Below are positions 1 to 9,897 of a stretch of DNA of 36,929 nt, piece by piece (the stretch's first letter is position 1; the number at the start of each line of letters is the position of its first letter). The translations under genes and the position numbers were made by a program. The notes below the pieces were generated by a model, which ran no database searches, was not told the origin of the DNA, and saw nothing but the letters and a program-made list of their open reading frames with translations. The DNA comes from an uncultured Methanospirillum sp. (GTDB lineage: Archaea > Halobacteriota > Methanomicrobia > Methanomicrobiales > Methanospirillaceae). The DNA lies in assembly GCA_964637135.1 (NCBI GenBank), contig CAZWTX010000027.1, positions 1 to 36,929 of the forward strand, read 5' to 3'.

Positions 1-711
1 GGTTTTCCGGCACTCAGACACCTCGTGTTCGGTCTCGCTCAGGTGGATGTGGAGGGGAACGTTCTCACTTCTGCTGAACTCGGCACAGCGGGAGAGGTGG
101 TCCGGAGGGACGGTGTACGGGGCATGGGGGCCGATTGCGGGAGTGATCCGGGGATTGTTCAGGTTCCTGATGTGGCTCGTGAGGTTCTCTGTGGCCTTTA
201 TCTCCTTCTCGAACTTCTCCTCATCCCCGAAGGTGATAATCCCATGACAGAGTTGAGCCCGTATCCCCGATTCACTGACTGCCCGGGCGGTCTCTTCCAT
301 GAAGAAGTACATATCATTAAAGGCCGTGGTACCGCTCCGGATCATCTCAATGCAGGCGAGTTTCGTCCCCCAGTAGACATCTTCCCCGGTGAGATGGGCT
401 TCAAGCGGCCAGATCTTCTCCGAGAGCCATTGCTGCAGGTGCATGTCATCTGCATACCCCCGCAGAAGGCTCATTGCCGCATGGGTATGGGTATTGACAA
501 GACCGGGAATGACCAGCCGGTCTTCAGCGTCAAGGATGATATCTGCCTCTTCCCGGTGATCACGAACGGCTTTCTCGCCGACGGCCCGGATGATCCCGGT
601 CTCATCAATGAAGATCCCGGTCCTTGCCCCGGTCAGATCGGTGGCCCCGGCGATCAGGATTGCCTGCCCGGCTGCAAAGATATCAGGATCAGGAACAGTT
701 TCCGGCGTCAT
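1..711 (-). CDS. dadD: Amidohydrolase, 5'-deoxyadenosine / MTA / SAH deaminase family (DadD/MtaD), 3' end runs off the window
   Basis: Not in the ORF track. Manual translation from ATG at 711 (in-frame TGA two codons upstream) gives MTPETVPDPD...LVIPGLVNTHTHAAMSLLRGYADDMHLQQWLSEKIWPLE...IRSGTTAFNDMYF...GPHAPYT...LHIHLSET. These are the HxH metal motif and MtaD signatures. The frame is open to the window edge. Confidence 0.85.
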   Translation of the reverse strand, partial: MTPETVPDPDIFAAGQAILIAGATDLTGARTGIFIDETGIIRAVGEKAVRDHREEADIILDAEDRLVIPGLVNTHTHAAMSLLRGYADDMHLQQWLSEKIWPLEAHLTGEDVYWGTKLACIEMIRSGTTAFNDMYFFMEETARAVSESGIRAQLCHGIITFGDEEKFEKEIKATENLTSHIRNLNNPRITPAIGPHAPYTVPPDHLSRCAEFSRSENVPLHIHLSETEHEVSECRKT

Positions 712-823
712 TGATCATTCTGGTTGCTGTTCAGGCTGGATAATTCCTTCTTTTCACTCCGGTCAGGGTGGTGATCCGCGGAAAAGTGTTTTGCCCTTCC
801 GGGGGAATATATACGGGTTTACT

Positions 824-2113
824 ATGCGAGCCCCGATCAATTCCATTACCCCTGATTCATCATCCGCAGATATTACCGGGTGGGCTCATGAAATACGGGA
901 TCTGGGCGGTCTGGCCTTTCTTCTGGTCAGGGACCGTACCGGCATGATACAGGTTACCATCCCGAAAAAAAAGGTCACACCCGGCATCGTTGAGACGATA
1001 AAATCGATCTCCCGTGAATCCGTGGTGAGGGTCACCGGGACGGTAAAAGCCGAAGGAAAGGCCCCGGGTGGACGGGAACTCATTCCCGACGAGATTACTA
1101 TCGTCAGTGCTGCCCAGACACCGCTGCCGCTCGATGTTGCAGAGAAAGTCCCTGCAGAACTCGATACCCGGCTTGATAACCGGTTCCTTGATGCCCGCCG
1201 CCCGCGGATTAGTGCCATCTTCAAGATACGCAATGCAGTCCAGCACGCCACCCGTAACTTCTTTTACGAGAACGAGTTCATCGAGATCAATACGTCAAAG
1301 ATCGTAGCAGCAGCAACCGAGGGAGGGACTGAACTCTTCCCGATCGCATATTTCGAGAAAGAGGCGTTCCTGAACCAGAGTCCGCAGCTGTACAAACAGA
1401 TGATGATGGCTGCCGGCTTTGAACGGGTCTACGAGATCGGACCGATCTTCCGGGCCGAGGAACACAACACCACTAAACACCTGAACGAAGCCACCTCCAT
1501 TGATATCGAGGTCTCCTTTACCGATCATCTCGGGGTCATGCAGATTCTTGAGGATCTCGTCCGCGAGGTGTACGGGTTTGTTGACCAGAACTGTAGTGCC
1601 GCAATAGCTGATCTGGGGATTGATGATTTCACGGTCCCGAAGACCTTCCCCCGCCTGCCGTATACCGAGGCTGTTGAGATAGCCGGAAAGAAGATAGAGG
1701 ATCCGATAGCATTCGGAGATGATATAGGAACGGCAGCTGAGCGGGCCATCGGTGAGGAGATGGGCCAGCATTACTTCATCGTTGACTGGCCGTCCTCAAT
1801 CAGGCCGTATTATGCAATGCCCTACGAGAACGAACCTGAACTATGCAAGGCATTTGACATGATGCATCCCCGCATGGAACTCTCCAGCGGTGCCCAGCGG
1901 GTTCACCAGCATGATCTGCTTGTAGAACAGATCGCAAAGAAAGGCCTGAATCCGGAGAACTTCGAGTTCTACCTGAATCCCTTCAGGTATGGGATGCCTC
2001 CGCATGCCGGATGGGGTCTTGGCGCCGAGCGGCTCGTTACTACCATGCTTGGGCTGAATAATGTCCGTGAAGCGGTGCTTTTCCCCCGGGACCGGCACCG
2101 TGTTGTTCCATAA
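824..2113 (+). CDS. aspS: Aspartyl-tRNA synthetase, archaeal type, probably non-discriminating (Asp/Asn)
   Basis: OB fold [21 protein letters not shown], motif 2 [11 protein letters not shown], motif 3 [13 protein letters not shown]...FPRD. Start moved to the ATG at 824 because the ORF-track extension overlaps dadD. Confidence 0.95.
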   Translation: MRAPINSITPDSSSADITGWAHEIRDLGGLAFLLVRDRTGMIQVTIPKKKVTPGIVETIKSISRESVVRVTGTVKAEGKAPGGRELIPDEITIVSAAQTPLPLDVAEKVPAELDTRLDNRFLDARRPRISAIFKIRNAVQHATRNFFYENEFIEINTSKIVAAATEGGTELFPIAYFEKEAFLNQSPQLYKQMMMAAGFERVYEIGPIFRAEEHNTTKHLNEATSIDIEVSFTDHLGVMQILEDLVREVYGFVDQNCSAAIADLGIDDFTVPKTFPRLPYTEAVEIAGKKIEDPIAFGDDIGTAAERAIGEEMGQHYFIVDWPSSIRPYYAMPYENEPELCKAFDMMHPRMELSSGAQRVHQHDLLVEQIAKKGLNPENFEFYLNPFRYGMPPHAGWGLGAERLVTTMLGLNNVREAVLFPRDRHRVVP

Positions 2114-2119
2114 GTACCC

Positions 2120-3028
2120 ATGAAACCCTTCCTGCCTGACCAGATCCTTCCCACAACCGTTGTGGGAAGCTACCCTGCGTTGCCAAAAAGGACCTTGAGC
2201 AGCCTCTTTGATCCCTTCCACGGGGCTGTGATGACTGCAGTAGCGGCGCAAAAAGAGGCAGGGATCCATATCATCTCCGACGGGCAGGTCAGGGGAGACA
2301 TGATCACGACCTTTGCCTCTAAACTCCCCGGTGTCCGGGGGAACGATGTCATCGGGAGGGTTCATCCCCCGGATGTTCCGGTTACCATCCGGGATACGAG
2401 GTACGCGGTCTCTTGTCATCCATACGTGAAGGGAATCATCACCGGTCCGTCCACGCTCAGCCATGGGCTCCGGATCGTAACTCCCCAGTACCGGGGTCGT
2501 GACGAGCTGGTCCCTGATCTTGCAGATGCCCTTGCGGGTGAAGCATCGGCCCTCTCCAGGACCGGTGTCGTGATGATTCAGGTTGATGAACCGATCTTCT
2601 CGACCGGTGCAGCCGATCTCTCACTTGGGGCTGAGGGAATCCGGAAGATAGCAGATGCCGTCTCCGTCCCCCTCTGTATGCATGTATGCGGCCCGCTTGT
2701 CCGGATCATCGATGAAATCCTCGAAATGCCGGTCGGAATCCTGGATTTCGAGGGGAGCTGCGAGCCGGCAAATATTGATATTTTTTCCCAAAAAGACCTG
2801 CGTGACCGGTACATCGGGTTCGGGTGTGTTGCATCCGCGTCACCGGCTCCTGATCCGGTTGAAACGATCCTCTCCCGGATACAGCAGGGGATCGAGGTAT
2901 TCGGGCCAGAACGGCTTCTCCTCGATCCTGACTGTGGTCTCCGGATGAATGCACCGGATATTGCCTTCACAAAACTCAGCCGGCTCTGTTCAGCAGCAGG
3001 GCAGGCCCGTAGGGAGTTCTGTTCCTGA
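2120..3028 (+). CDS. metE: Core methionine synthase (MetE C-terminal half only, methylcobalamin:homocysteine methyltransferase, MesA type)
   Basis: TTVVGSYP, SDGQ, KGIITGPSTL, IQVDEP, Zn ligands HVC and PDCGLR. 302 aa, no N-terminal folate half. Confidence 0.9.
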   Translation: MKPFLPDQILPTTVVGSYPALPKRTLSSLFDPFHGAVMTAVAAQKEAGIHIISDGQVRGDMITTFASKLPGVRGNDVIGRVHPPDVPVTIRDTRYAVSCHPYVKGIITGPSTLSHGLRIVTPQYRGRDELVPDLADALAGEASALSRTGVVMIQVDEPIFSTGAADLSLGAEGIRKIADAVSVPLCMHVCGPLVRIIDEILEMPVGILDFEGSCEPANIDIFSQKDLRDRYIGFGCVASASPAPDPVETILSRIQQGIEVFGPERLLLDPDCGLRMNAPDIAFTKLSRLCSAAGQARREFCS

Positions 3029-3144
3029 ACCCGCCCGCCACCTGCTGCCACACGGTTTACCCGGATCTTATCTCTCCCCCAAAATCCCACAAAACACTGA
3101 TAGCCTGTGAGGAGAAAAAAGTACAAAGGATTTGCTGGATACGC

Positions 3145-3702
3145 ATGATACAGGTATGTAACGGGAGGCAGCTCCTGGCAGTTGCCCTCTTCATCTCGTC
3201 GGTCTTTCTCATCGGCATCAAGATATTCAATCCAACTCCCCTCATTATCTGGAGTACCGGAGAGGATTTTGTCATTCAGACCGAACATATCGGAGATGTA
3301 TACACGATTTTTGATGTCGCCATCATCATTGTTGCCTCTCTCCTGATCTGCGGGACCGGTCTGTACCTGCTAACCTATGAAGTGGTCCATCCTGCCCAGT
3401 TTGCTTCGCCACCGATATCACAACCGATGATACCTGAACCCTATCATCCGGAGACTCCTGTTCCTTCCCTTCTCGAGGAACGGAAGCGGAAATGGGAGAC
3501 AATCCTTCCGACATTAAAGGAGGATCAACAGTTGATCTACCAGGCCGTGCTTGATGCAGACGGCCTGATCCCGCAGAGTGACATCGTAGAAAAGACCGGG
3601 CTTTCAAAGTCAAATGTCAGCCGTTCACTCGATATCCTTGAGAGTATGGGGCTGATTGAACGCCGGAGAAGAGGAATGGGAAACATCATCCTTTTGAAAT
3701 AA
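3145..3702 (+). CDS. Membrane-anchored winged-helix transcriptional regulator (2 TM + Pro-rich linker + wHTH)
   Basis: Two hydrophobic segments, then LKEDQQLIYQAVLDADGLIPQSDIVEKTGLSKSNVSRSLDILESMGLIERRRRGMGNIILLK. Confidence 0.8.
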   Translation: MIQVCNGRQLLAVALFISSVFLIGIKIFNPTPLIIWSTGEDFVIQTEHIGDVYTIFDVAIIIVASLLICGTGLYLLTYEVVHPAQFASPPISQPMIPEPYHPETPVPSLLEERKRKWETILPTLKEDQQLIYQAVLDADGLIPQSDIVEKTGLSKSNVSRSLDILESMGLIERRRRGMGNIILLK

Positions 3703-3713
3703 GGAGCAGGGAT

Positions 3714-4013
3714 ATGACCGTTTCACCGATAAATATCCTGTATCTGTGTGGGTTTCTGGTAATTGGAATTGTCCTTGCCGGGATCGGGAATTATTACATG
3801 GATATCCAGCAGCCGGTCAGGCAGCAGAGCCAGCTTCTCGAGAACTATTTCATCATGCAGACGATGGCCGGCAAGAACGTCACGTCGCAAAATCTCACCT
3901 ATGTTGTCGGGAATTACGGGCTTGTCGTCAGTTTTAACGATGTCGTGAGTGAATCAGGGGTGAAGTACCACAAAAAAGGATCCCTGAACAGCAGCGTTAC
4001 GCTTTCTGATTGA
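3714..4013 (+). CDS. Small membrane-anchored hypothetical protein
   Basis: AAGGAG upstream, 11 nt after the wHTH stop. N-terminal TM helix and NxS/T sequons (NVT, NLT, NSS). Confidence 0.6.
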   Translation: MTVSPINILYLCGFLVIGIVLAGIGNYYMDIQQPVRQQSQLLENYFIMQTMAGKNVTSQNLTYVVGNYGLVVSFNDVVSESGVKYHKKGSLNSSVTLSD

Positions 4014-4281
4014 TTATCCGGTGTCCGGAGAGAAGGGATATTGGATTTGCAGGAGGAGGAGGACATTATCTTGGCAGGCTCTCCTCTCCGGATTATTCCG
4101 GCCAGAATATTCTATGGATAATCACCGGTTCACAGGGGTACTGTGACACCCTCCCTGTTGGATGAAACAGGTAATAATGAGGGGATGAGAAATCGGTAGC
4201 AACCAGTTCGGCTGATGATATGGCCCTTGGTCGCAAAAAGGGCAGTTTTCCCCTGAAATCACGCAATCTTCTTTCAGGATT

Positions 4282-4305
4282 GGTGTTGCAACCGGTTGCA
4301 ACACC
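4282..4305. repeat. Perfect 24-bp palindrome GGTGTTGCAACCGGTTGCAACACC (copy 1 of a 20-bp element)
   Basis: Read directly. The 20-bp core (4284-4303) is identical to 29536-29555. Confidence 0.95.
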
Positions 4306-4327
4306 CGGCTTTGCCCACCAATTTTTT

Positions 4328-5866
4328 TTATACGCCTACACAGAGTTCTTCCCGGAGCGTCCGCCTGAGGAGTTTCCATCCTCCAACCCGGGGAAGTTCG
4401 TCAAGGATGACAAGTCTGCGGGGAACCTTGTACCCGGCAAGGTGTTCCCGTGCATAGGCAGAGAGTTCCTCAAGCGTGATTTCACCTGCGCCTTCTCTTG
4501 GGACCACCGCGGCAGCAGGAATCTCTCCTTTCTCCTCATCCGGACATCCGAAGATGGCGATATCCCTGATCTTCGGGTGCCGAATCAGCACCGTCTCCAC
4601 CTCGGTCGGGTAGATCTTCCATCCTGACATGATGATCATGTCCTTTTTCCGGTCGGTGATGACCAGCATCCCGTTCGTATCGATATACCCGATATCACCG
4701 GTGAGGAACCACCCGTCAGGAAGGAATACCGCGGCTGTCTCATCCGGTTTATTCCAGTACCCCTTTGCGACTCCCGGACCGCGAAGGGCGATCTCGCCGG
4801 CAGTTCCGTCTGCGAGGTGGCAGGCGGGATCCTGTTCATCGACGATCTTCACCTCGGCATATCCCACCGGGGTGCCGACACTGTTGTATTCATCTGCGGT
4901 CGGGTAATGTCCGGGTCTGATAACCGTTCCTGCCCCGAGGACGATCGTCTCTGAAAGACCATACGCATTTACAACCGGGATCCCAAACCGCTGGTGAAAT
5001 TTCTTCCAGGTTGGCGAGTGCATCGGCCCTCCTCCGGATATGATTCTCCTGACTGTTCTAAACCCGTCTTCGGTCCCCGGCGGTGTCTCTGCAAGTGCAT
5101 GGATGACCGGCGGCATGCCTGCCAGGATGGTGATTGTATGTTCCCGTGTTAACCGGATATACTGGTCAAGCTGGAAGCGTTCCATGACAACCCAGGTGGC
5201 ACCTGCCCTGAGGGCTGATATACCCCATGAGATTCCGACATGGGCCATGGGATATATCCCCAGGTACCGGTCATCCGGGGTTAAATCGAGGGCATCCCGC
5301 TCTGCATCTAATGCTGCCACCCATCCCCCCTGTGTCAGCATGGCTCCCTTGGGCTGACCGGTTGTTCCGGATGTGTACTGGATCTGGCAGACCGCGTCAC
5401 CCGGGCAGGCAACCGGCCCGGTGACAACACCTTCCCGGATGAGTGCGTCCCATCCGTCAATGCCGGTTCCATGTACGAGGATGCGGATAGAAAGTGCCGG
5501 TATTGACGCTGTTATACGGGCAATCATATCTGCATCATTTGCTGATGCAATAATGGCCCGTGCTCCTGAATCCCGGATGGTATAAAGGAGTTCTTCTGCC
5601 CTCCAGACAATATTCGCGGGAACAACAACGGCTCCGATCCTCCAGGCTGCAAGGATACTGATCAGGTACTCGGGGGAACTATCCAGGTAGATGATTATCC
5701 GGTCCCCTCTTTCGACTCCCCGGGAGAGAAGGGATTGACCGACTATTCCGGCCAGATCACGGAGTTCTCTATACGTGAGGGATTTGCCTGAAGATGGGTG
5801 AATCAGGGCTGTTTTATCAGGTATATTGATACAGTGACTATCAAGAAAGGACGTGAGATTGAACAT
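4328..5866 (-). CDS. Class I adenylate-forming enzyme (acyl-CoA ligase-like)
   Basis: QYTSGTTGQPKG, NAYGLSET, GWFLTGDIGY, DRKKDMIIMSGWKIYPTEVE. Start placed at MFNLTSFLD. Confidence 0.9.
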   Translation of the reverse strand: MFNLTSFLDSHCINIPDKTALIHPSSGKSLTYRELRDLAGIVGQSLLSRGVERGDRIIIYLDSSPEYLISILAAWRIGAVVVPANIVWRAEELLYTIRDSGARAIIASANDADMIARITASIPALSIRILVHGTGIDGWDALIREGVVTGPVACPGDAVCQIQYTSGTTGQPKGAMLTQGGWVAALDAERDALDLTPDDRYLGIYPMAHVGISWGISALRAGATWVVMERFQLDQYIRLTREHTITILAGMPPVIHALAETPPGTEDGFRTVRRIISGGGPMHSPTWKKFHQRFGIPVVNAYGLSETIVLGAGTVIRPGHYPTADEYNSVGTPVGYAEVKIVDEQDPACHLADGTAGEIALRGPGVAKGYWNKPDETAAVFLPDGWFLTGDIGYIDTNGMLVITDRKKDMIIMSGWKIYPTEVETVLIRHPKIRDIAIFGCPDEEKGEIPAAAVVPREGAGEITLEELSAYAREHLAGYKVPRRLVILDELPRVGGWKLLRRTLREELCVGV

Positions 5867-6249
5867 AACCTGCTTCAACAGATCTGTGCCGCCATGCATA
5901 AAGATGCCCGTTATCGTTCACCGGGAAGCAACCTGAACCATCATCGGGCGAAACCACTGGGAATTGGAACAGGATTAATCCGTGTCCGCTCAGAATGGGA
6001 ACCAGCGGGAGGGAATCTTTTTTTCCGGGCCCGGCCGGATTCGATCCAGATCTGAGATCCTGGATACCTGTACGGGAATTGAACAATTATTCTGTGTCCT
6101 CACCCGGACAGACCTGCTTTTCTTTCTTCAGGTGCCTCATCGTTCTCAATGGTACCCTCATCTCTTTTCAGGATCCTCTCGATCAGGTCTGATTCACCGG
6201 TCATGGGTTCGTACGATTCTCCCGTTATTGCCGGTACCCGGCAGACTGA

Positions 6250-6256
6250 AAAAAAA
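6250..6256 (-). terminator. Archaeal oligo-T terminator after cdc48
   Basis: T7 on the minus strand directly after the cdc48 stop. Confidence 0.55.
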
Positions 6257-8671
6257 TTACTGGTATTCAGGGGGCTGTACTTCTTTCGGGAGACCACCCT
6301 TGAAATGCCCCTCAATTTTCCCGTATGCCTCCCGAAGTCGTGGATTCATTGTCGGGTGTATCTTGGCAAGTGCTTCTTCAAAGTGTGACATCCTGAGCAT
6401 CGCTGCTTTCTCCCGCATCGCAAAGATCCCTGCCTCCCGGCAGAGGGCTTCGATATCGGCCCCGACATATCCCTCGGTCCGGCTGGCCACCGTGGTGATG
6501 ATCTCATCCCTTACCGGGTCAGCAAGGGCACACCCCAGTTTCTCGAGAATATCCACGATCATCCGCCGGCGCCTGAACTTTGGAATTCCTCCCTCACCAC
6601 CGGTTCTTCCTGCGATACAGGAAGCGATCTCATCCCCGGTACATACCTCCTTTTCTCCGAGTTCATTGCTGAACTCCTCAAAATCATCTTCAGACCAGTG
6701 GACGGTCTCTTCGACCAGGTTCTCGATGACCGAACCCTCAATCGGGATGTATCGCATGTGGATAGCCATGATCTGCTTACGGTCCTGGAGATGGGGTTCT
6801 CCGATAAAGATCAGCCGGTCAAACCTCCCTGACCTGAGAAGGGCAGGATCCACGATATCCGGCCGGTTGGTTGCTCCCATAACCACGACATCCTTCAGCT
6901 CCTCAAGCCCGTCCATCTCGGTCAGGAACTGATTGAGAACACTCTCCATGGTATGGCTGTCCCCGGCTGTTCCTCTCGCCGGGGTTAAGGCATCCAGTTC
7001 ATCGAAGAAGATGATCGCGGGGGCCACCTGCCGGGCTTTCTTGAAGATCTCCCTGACAGCCCGTTCAGATTCCCCGACCCACTTGGAGAGGAGCTGAGGA
7101 CCCCTGACCGCGATAAAGTTGGCCCCTGACTCGTTTGCGACTGCCTTCGCGATAAGCGTCTTTCCGGTTCCCGGAGGTCCGTACAGAAGCACCCCGCGGG
7201 GGGACCGGATTCCGAGATCATCATACTGGTCTCTCCGGGTAAGCGGGTATTCCACTGCCTCGCGGATCTCTTCGATTGCATTCTCAAGTCCGCCAACATC
7301 CTTCCACCGGAGATGGGAGACCTCAAGCATCACTTCCCGCATACCTGACGGGGTGATCTCCCGGAGTGCCTGTCTGAAGTCCTTTCCGGTGACGACCATC
7401 ATATCGAGCACCTCATCAGGGATCACCTCTTCGTCAAGGTTGATCACGGGGAGGTACCGGCGGAGTGCCCGGATGGCCGCTTCCCGGGAGAGAGCCGCGA
7501 TATCCGCCCCGGTATATCCGTGCGTCTGGGCAGCAAGTTCTTCAAGGCGTACATCCTCATCGAGCGGCATCCCTCTCGTATGGATCTTGAGGATCTCGAT
7601 CCGGTCTGGTTCGCTCGGAACCCCGATCTCGATCTCACGGTCGAACCGTCCCGGCCGTCGCAGGGCCGGATCGATGGCATCAAGCCGGTTCGTCGCCCCG
7701 ATCACGATAACCTCTCCGCGTTCCTCAAGCCCGTCCATCATTGTCAAAAGCTGGGCAACCACCCGCCGCTCCACCTCCCCGGTGACCTCCTCACGTTTCG
7801 GGGTAATCGAGTCGAGTTCATCGATGAAGATGATCGTCGGGGCGTTCTCCTCGGCTTCATCGAAGACTTCGCGAAGCCGCTGTTCGCTCTCCCCGTAGTA
7901 TTTGGAAATCACCTCCGGACCGGCGATAGCAATGAAATGGGCCCCGGATTCGTTCGCGACTGCCTTTGCGATTAGTGTCTTCCCGGTTCCGGGTGGTCCG
8001 AACAGAAGAACTCCTTTCGGTGGTTCAATTCCGAGCCGGCGGAAGAGTTCCGGGTGTCGCATGGGGAGTTCAATTGTCTCCCGGAGCCGTTGCAGTTCGT
8101 CCCGAAGCCCGCCGATATCCTCGTATGTGATCTGGCTGATCCCCTCAAACCCGTCAAGGGGTTTTTCTGAGATGATCACCTCGGTCTGCTGCGATATGAT
8201 GAACGCTTCGGCGGGTTCGATCTCTATGACCTTGTATGCAACCATCTGCGGCTGGATAAAGGGATGTCCAATGGGCACCGGTACCGAGTCCCCGAGGGAC
8301 ACCGGGAAGTCGATGAGACTGTGCTGGATAGCAGACGGTTCAGCCGGGGAGATATTCTTGGGGAGGTCTTCAGGGGGAGCGAGGATGAGCAGACTGGCAG
8401 GGGCGACATTCTCTATCTTGGTGATCTTCACCGTATCCCCGATGGATACGCCTGCGTTCAACCTGGTGAAGTTGTCAATCCGTATCTTCTGCTGGTTCCA
8501 GTCATTGAGCTGGGCACGCCAGACTTTTGCAACCGTCTCTTCCCTCCCTGATATCAGGATCAGGTCTCCGGGAGAGAGCCGTAACTGGAGCATGGTTTCG
8601 GGATCAAGACGGGCCTTTCCACCGCCCTGATCACCGGGATACGCGCTATCGACCTTGAGATAGAGTTCCAT
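6257..8671 (-). CDS. cdc48: CDC48/VAT AAA+ ATPase
   Basis: N domain, two Walker A motifs GPPGTGKT, two IIF[IF]DELD Walker B motifs, [14 protein letters not shown] and [11 protein letters not shown]. Confidence 0.96.
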   Translation of the reverse strand: MELYLKVDSAYPGDQGGGKARLDPETMLQLRLSPGDLILISGREETVAKVWRAQLNDWNQQKIRIDNFTRLNAGVSIGDTVKITKIENVAPASLLILAPPEDLPKNISPAEPSAIQHSLIDFPVSLGDSVPVPIGHPFIQPQMVAYKVIEIEPAEAFIISQQTEVIISEKPLDGFEGISQITYEDIGGLRDELQRLRETIELPMRHPELFRRLGIEPPKGVLLFGPPGTGKTLIAKAVANESGAHFIAIAGPEVISKYYGESEQRLREVFDEAEENAPTIIFIDELDSITPKREEVTGEVERRVVAQLLTMMDGLEERGEVIVIGATNRLDAIDPALRRPGRFDREIEIGVPSEPDRIEILKIHTRGMPLDEDVRLEELAAQTHGYTGADIAALSREAAIRALRRYLPVINLDEEVIPDEVLDMMVVTGKDFRQALREITPSGMREVMLEVSHLRWKDVGGLENAIEEIREAVEYPLTRRDQYDDLGIRSPRGVLLYGPPGTGKTLIAKAVANESGANFIAVRGPQLLSKWVGESERAVREIFKKARQVAPAIIFFDELDALTPARGTAGDSHTMESVLNQFLTEMDGLEELKDVVVMGATNRPDIVDPALLRSGRFDRLIFIGEPHLQDRKQIMAIHMRYIPIEGSVIENLVEETVHWSEDDFEEFSNELGEKEVCTGDEIASCIAGRTGGEGGIPKFRRRRMIVDILEKLGCALADPVRDEIITTVASRTEGYVGADIEALCREAGIFAMREKAAMLRMSHFEEALAKIHPTMNPRLREAYGKIEGHFKGGLPKEVQPPEYQ

Positions 8672-8715
8672 TACCTAACAATCATATATCCGTGGATTTA
8701 TAAGTATAGCAAATC
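8672..8715. promoter_or_regulatory. Overlapping divergent TATA promoters for cdc48 and larC, probably leaderless transcripts
   Basis: 44-bp spacer. TTATAAAT on the minus strand (8703-8696) is 25 nt from the cdc48 ATG. ATATAT (8684-8689) is about 27 nt from the larC ATG. Confidence 0.55.
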
Positions 8716-9897
8716 ATGCGTCTTCTTGCCATAGACCCGTTCCATGGGGCCGCCGGGGATATGATCCTCGGTGCTCTCCTTGATCTCGGTGTACCACAGG
8801 ATCCGGTTATCGCCGTGATGGCTTCAGTGGTAGCAGAACCCGGGATCGAACCGGTCAGCAAGTGCGGAATACGTGCTCTCCAGGTTCATACCCATGCTGG
8901 ACACAGCCACCGGACCCTTGAGGAGGTTCTGGCGATTGTCCGGTCAGCAGCTGCTCCCCGGGAGGTTATCACCCGGGCGTGTTCGATATTTACCCTGCTT
9001 GCAGGGGTTGAGGCAGAAGTGCACGGGAAGATGACCCATTTTCACGAGGTCGGTGCCGACGATGCCATTGCCGATATCCTCGGTTCCTGCATGGCATTTC
9101 ACCTCCTCGGTGCCGATCGAATCGAGGTTCTGCCGGTAGCGACCGGTCAGGGAACCGTCCGGATGGTACATGGTGAGCTCCCGGTCCCGGCACCTGCAAC
9201 GGCTCTTCTTCTCCGCTCCGGCGGGCTGCTGGTCACCCCCGGGACGGCTGACGGGGAACTCTGCACCCCTACCGGGGCTGCTCTCCTCTCATCCTTTGCT
9301 GATGCCGCAGTCTCCCGTTCAGGATCCGGGAAAATCCTTTCAATCGGGTACGGAGCCGGTACCCGTGAGGATATGGATGCTCCGAACGTGGTCAGGATGA
9401 TCCTGTATGAAACCGGGGAGGAGCGATCAGACGAGGTTGACATTCTTGAGACGAATGTCGATGATGTCAGCAGCGAGGTTATCGGACACCTTCTAACCCG
9501 GCTCATCGCTGAAGGAGCACGGGATGCCTCGGCAGCAGCAATCATCATGAAGAAAGGAAGACCCGGCCACCTGATCCGGGTGATCACCCGTCCCTGTGAT
9601 TCCGCCCGTATAGCTGGTATCATGGCAAAAGAACTTGGAACCCTTGGAATCCGGTGTATTCCTGCGATTCACCGGTTCATTGCCGAACGGGAGATCGCTG
9701 AGGTCTCTGTTCTCCTCGCCGGTGAAGAGATCGTGATCCCGGTAAAATACGGATATGATGCAGACGGTTGTTACTCGGTAAAGGCAGAGTTTGACTCTGC
9801 TGCCGCGGCTGCCATCCGGCTCGGGATTCCGGTCAGGGATATCCTGAGGGAGGCTGAGCATGCCGCCCGGAGAAACATGACCCGGAGGGATGCATGA
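8716..9897 (+). CDS. larC: Nickel-pincer cofactor biosynthesis protein LarC
   Basis: GAAGDMILGALLDLG, HFHEVGADDAIADI, HGELPVPAPAT, ELCTPTGAA, LETNVDD, MKKGRPG, TLGIR, KAEFD. Confidence 0.92.
   Translation: MRLLAIDPFHGAAGDMILGALLDLGVPQDPVIAVMASVVAEPGIEPVSKCGIRALQVHTHAGHSHRTLEEVLAIVRSAAAPREVITRACSIFTLLAGVEAEVHGKMTHFHEVGADDAIADILGSCMAFHLLGADRIEVLPVATGQGTVRMVHGELPVPAPATALLLRSGGLLVTPGTADGELCTPTGAALLSSFADAAVSRSGSGKILSIGYGAGTREDMDAPNVVRMILYETGEERSDEVDILETNVDDVSSEVIGHLLTRLIAEGARDASAAAIIMKKGRPGHLIRVITRPCDSARIAGIMAKELGTLGIRCIPAIHRFIAEREIAEVSVLLAGEEIVIPVKYGYDADGCYSVKAEFDSAAAAAIRLGIPVRDILREAEHAARRNMTRRDA

Noticed and set aside
25..714. 229-aa + strand ORF and the 590-823 extension of aspS
   Set aside because: Antisense shadow of the deaminase, with no recognisable motifs.
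6510..6736. Intein in Cdc48
   Set aside because: No C/S N-terminal block or HN-C/S/T end, and too short for a mini-intein.
5982..8630. Long + strand ORFs opposite cdc48 (and similar antisense ORFs elsewhere)
   Set aside because: Ser/Arg-rich antisense shadows produced by codon bias of the real genes.
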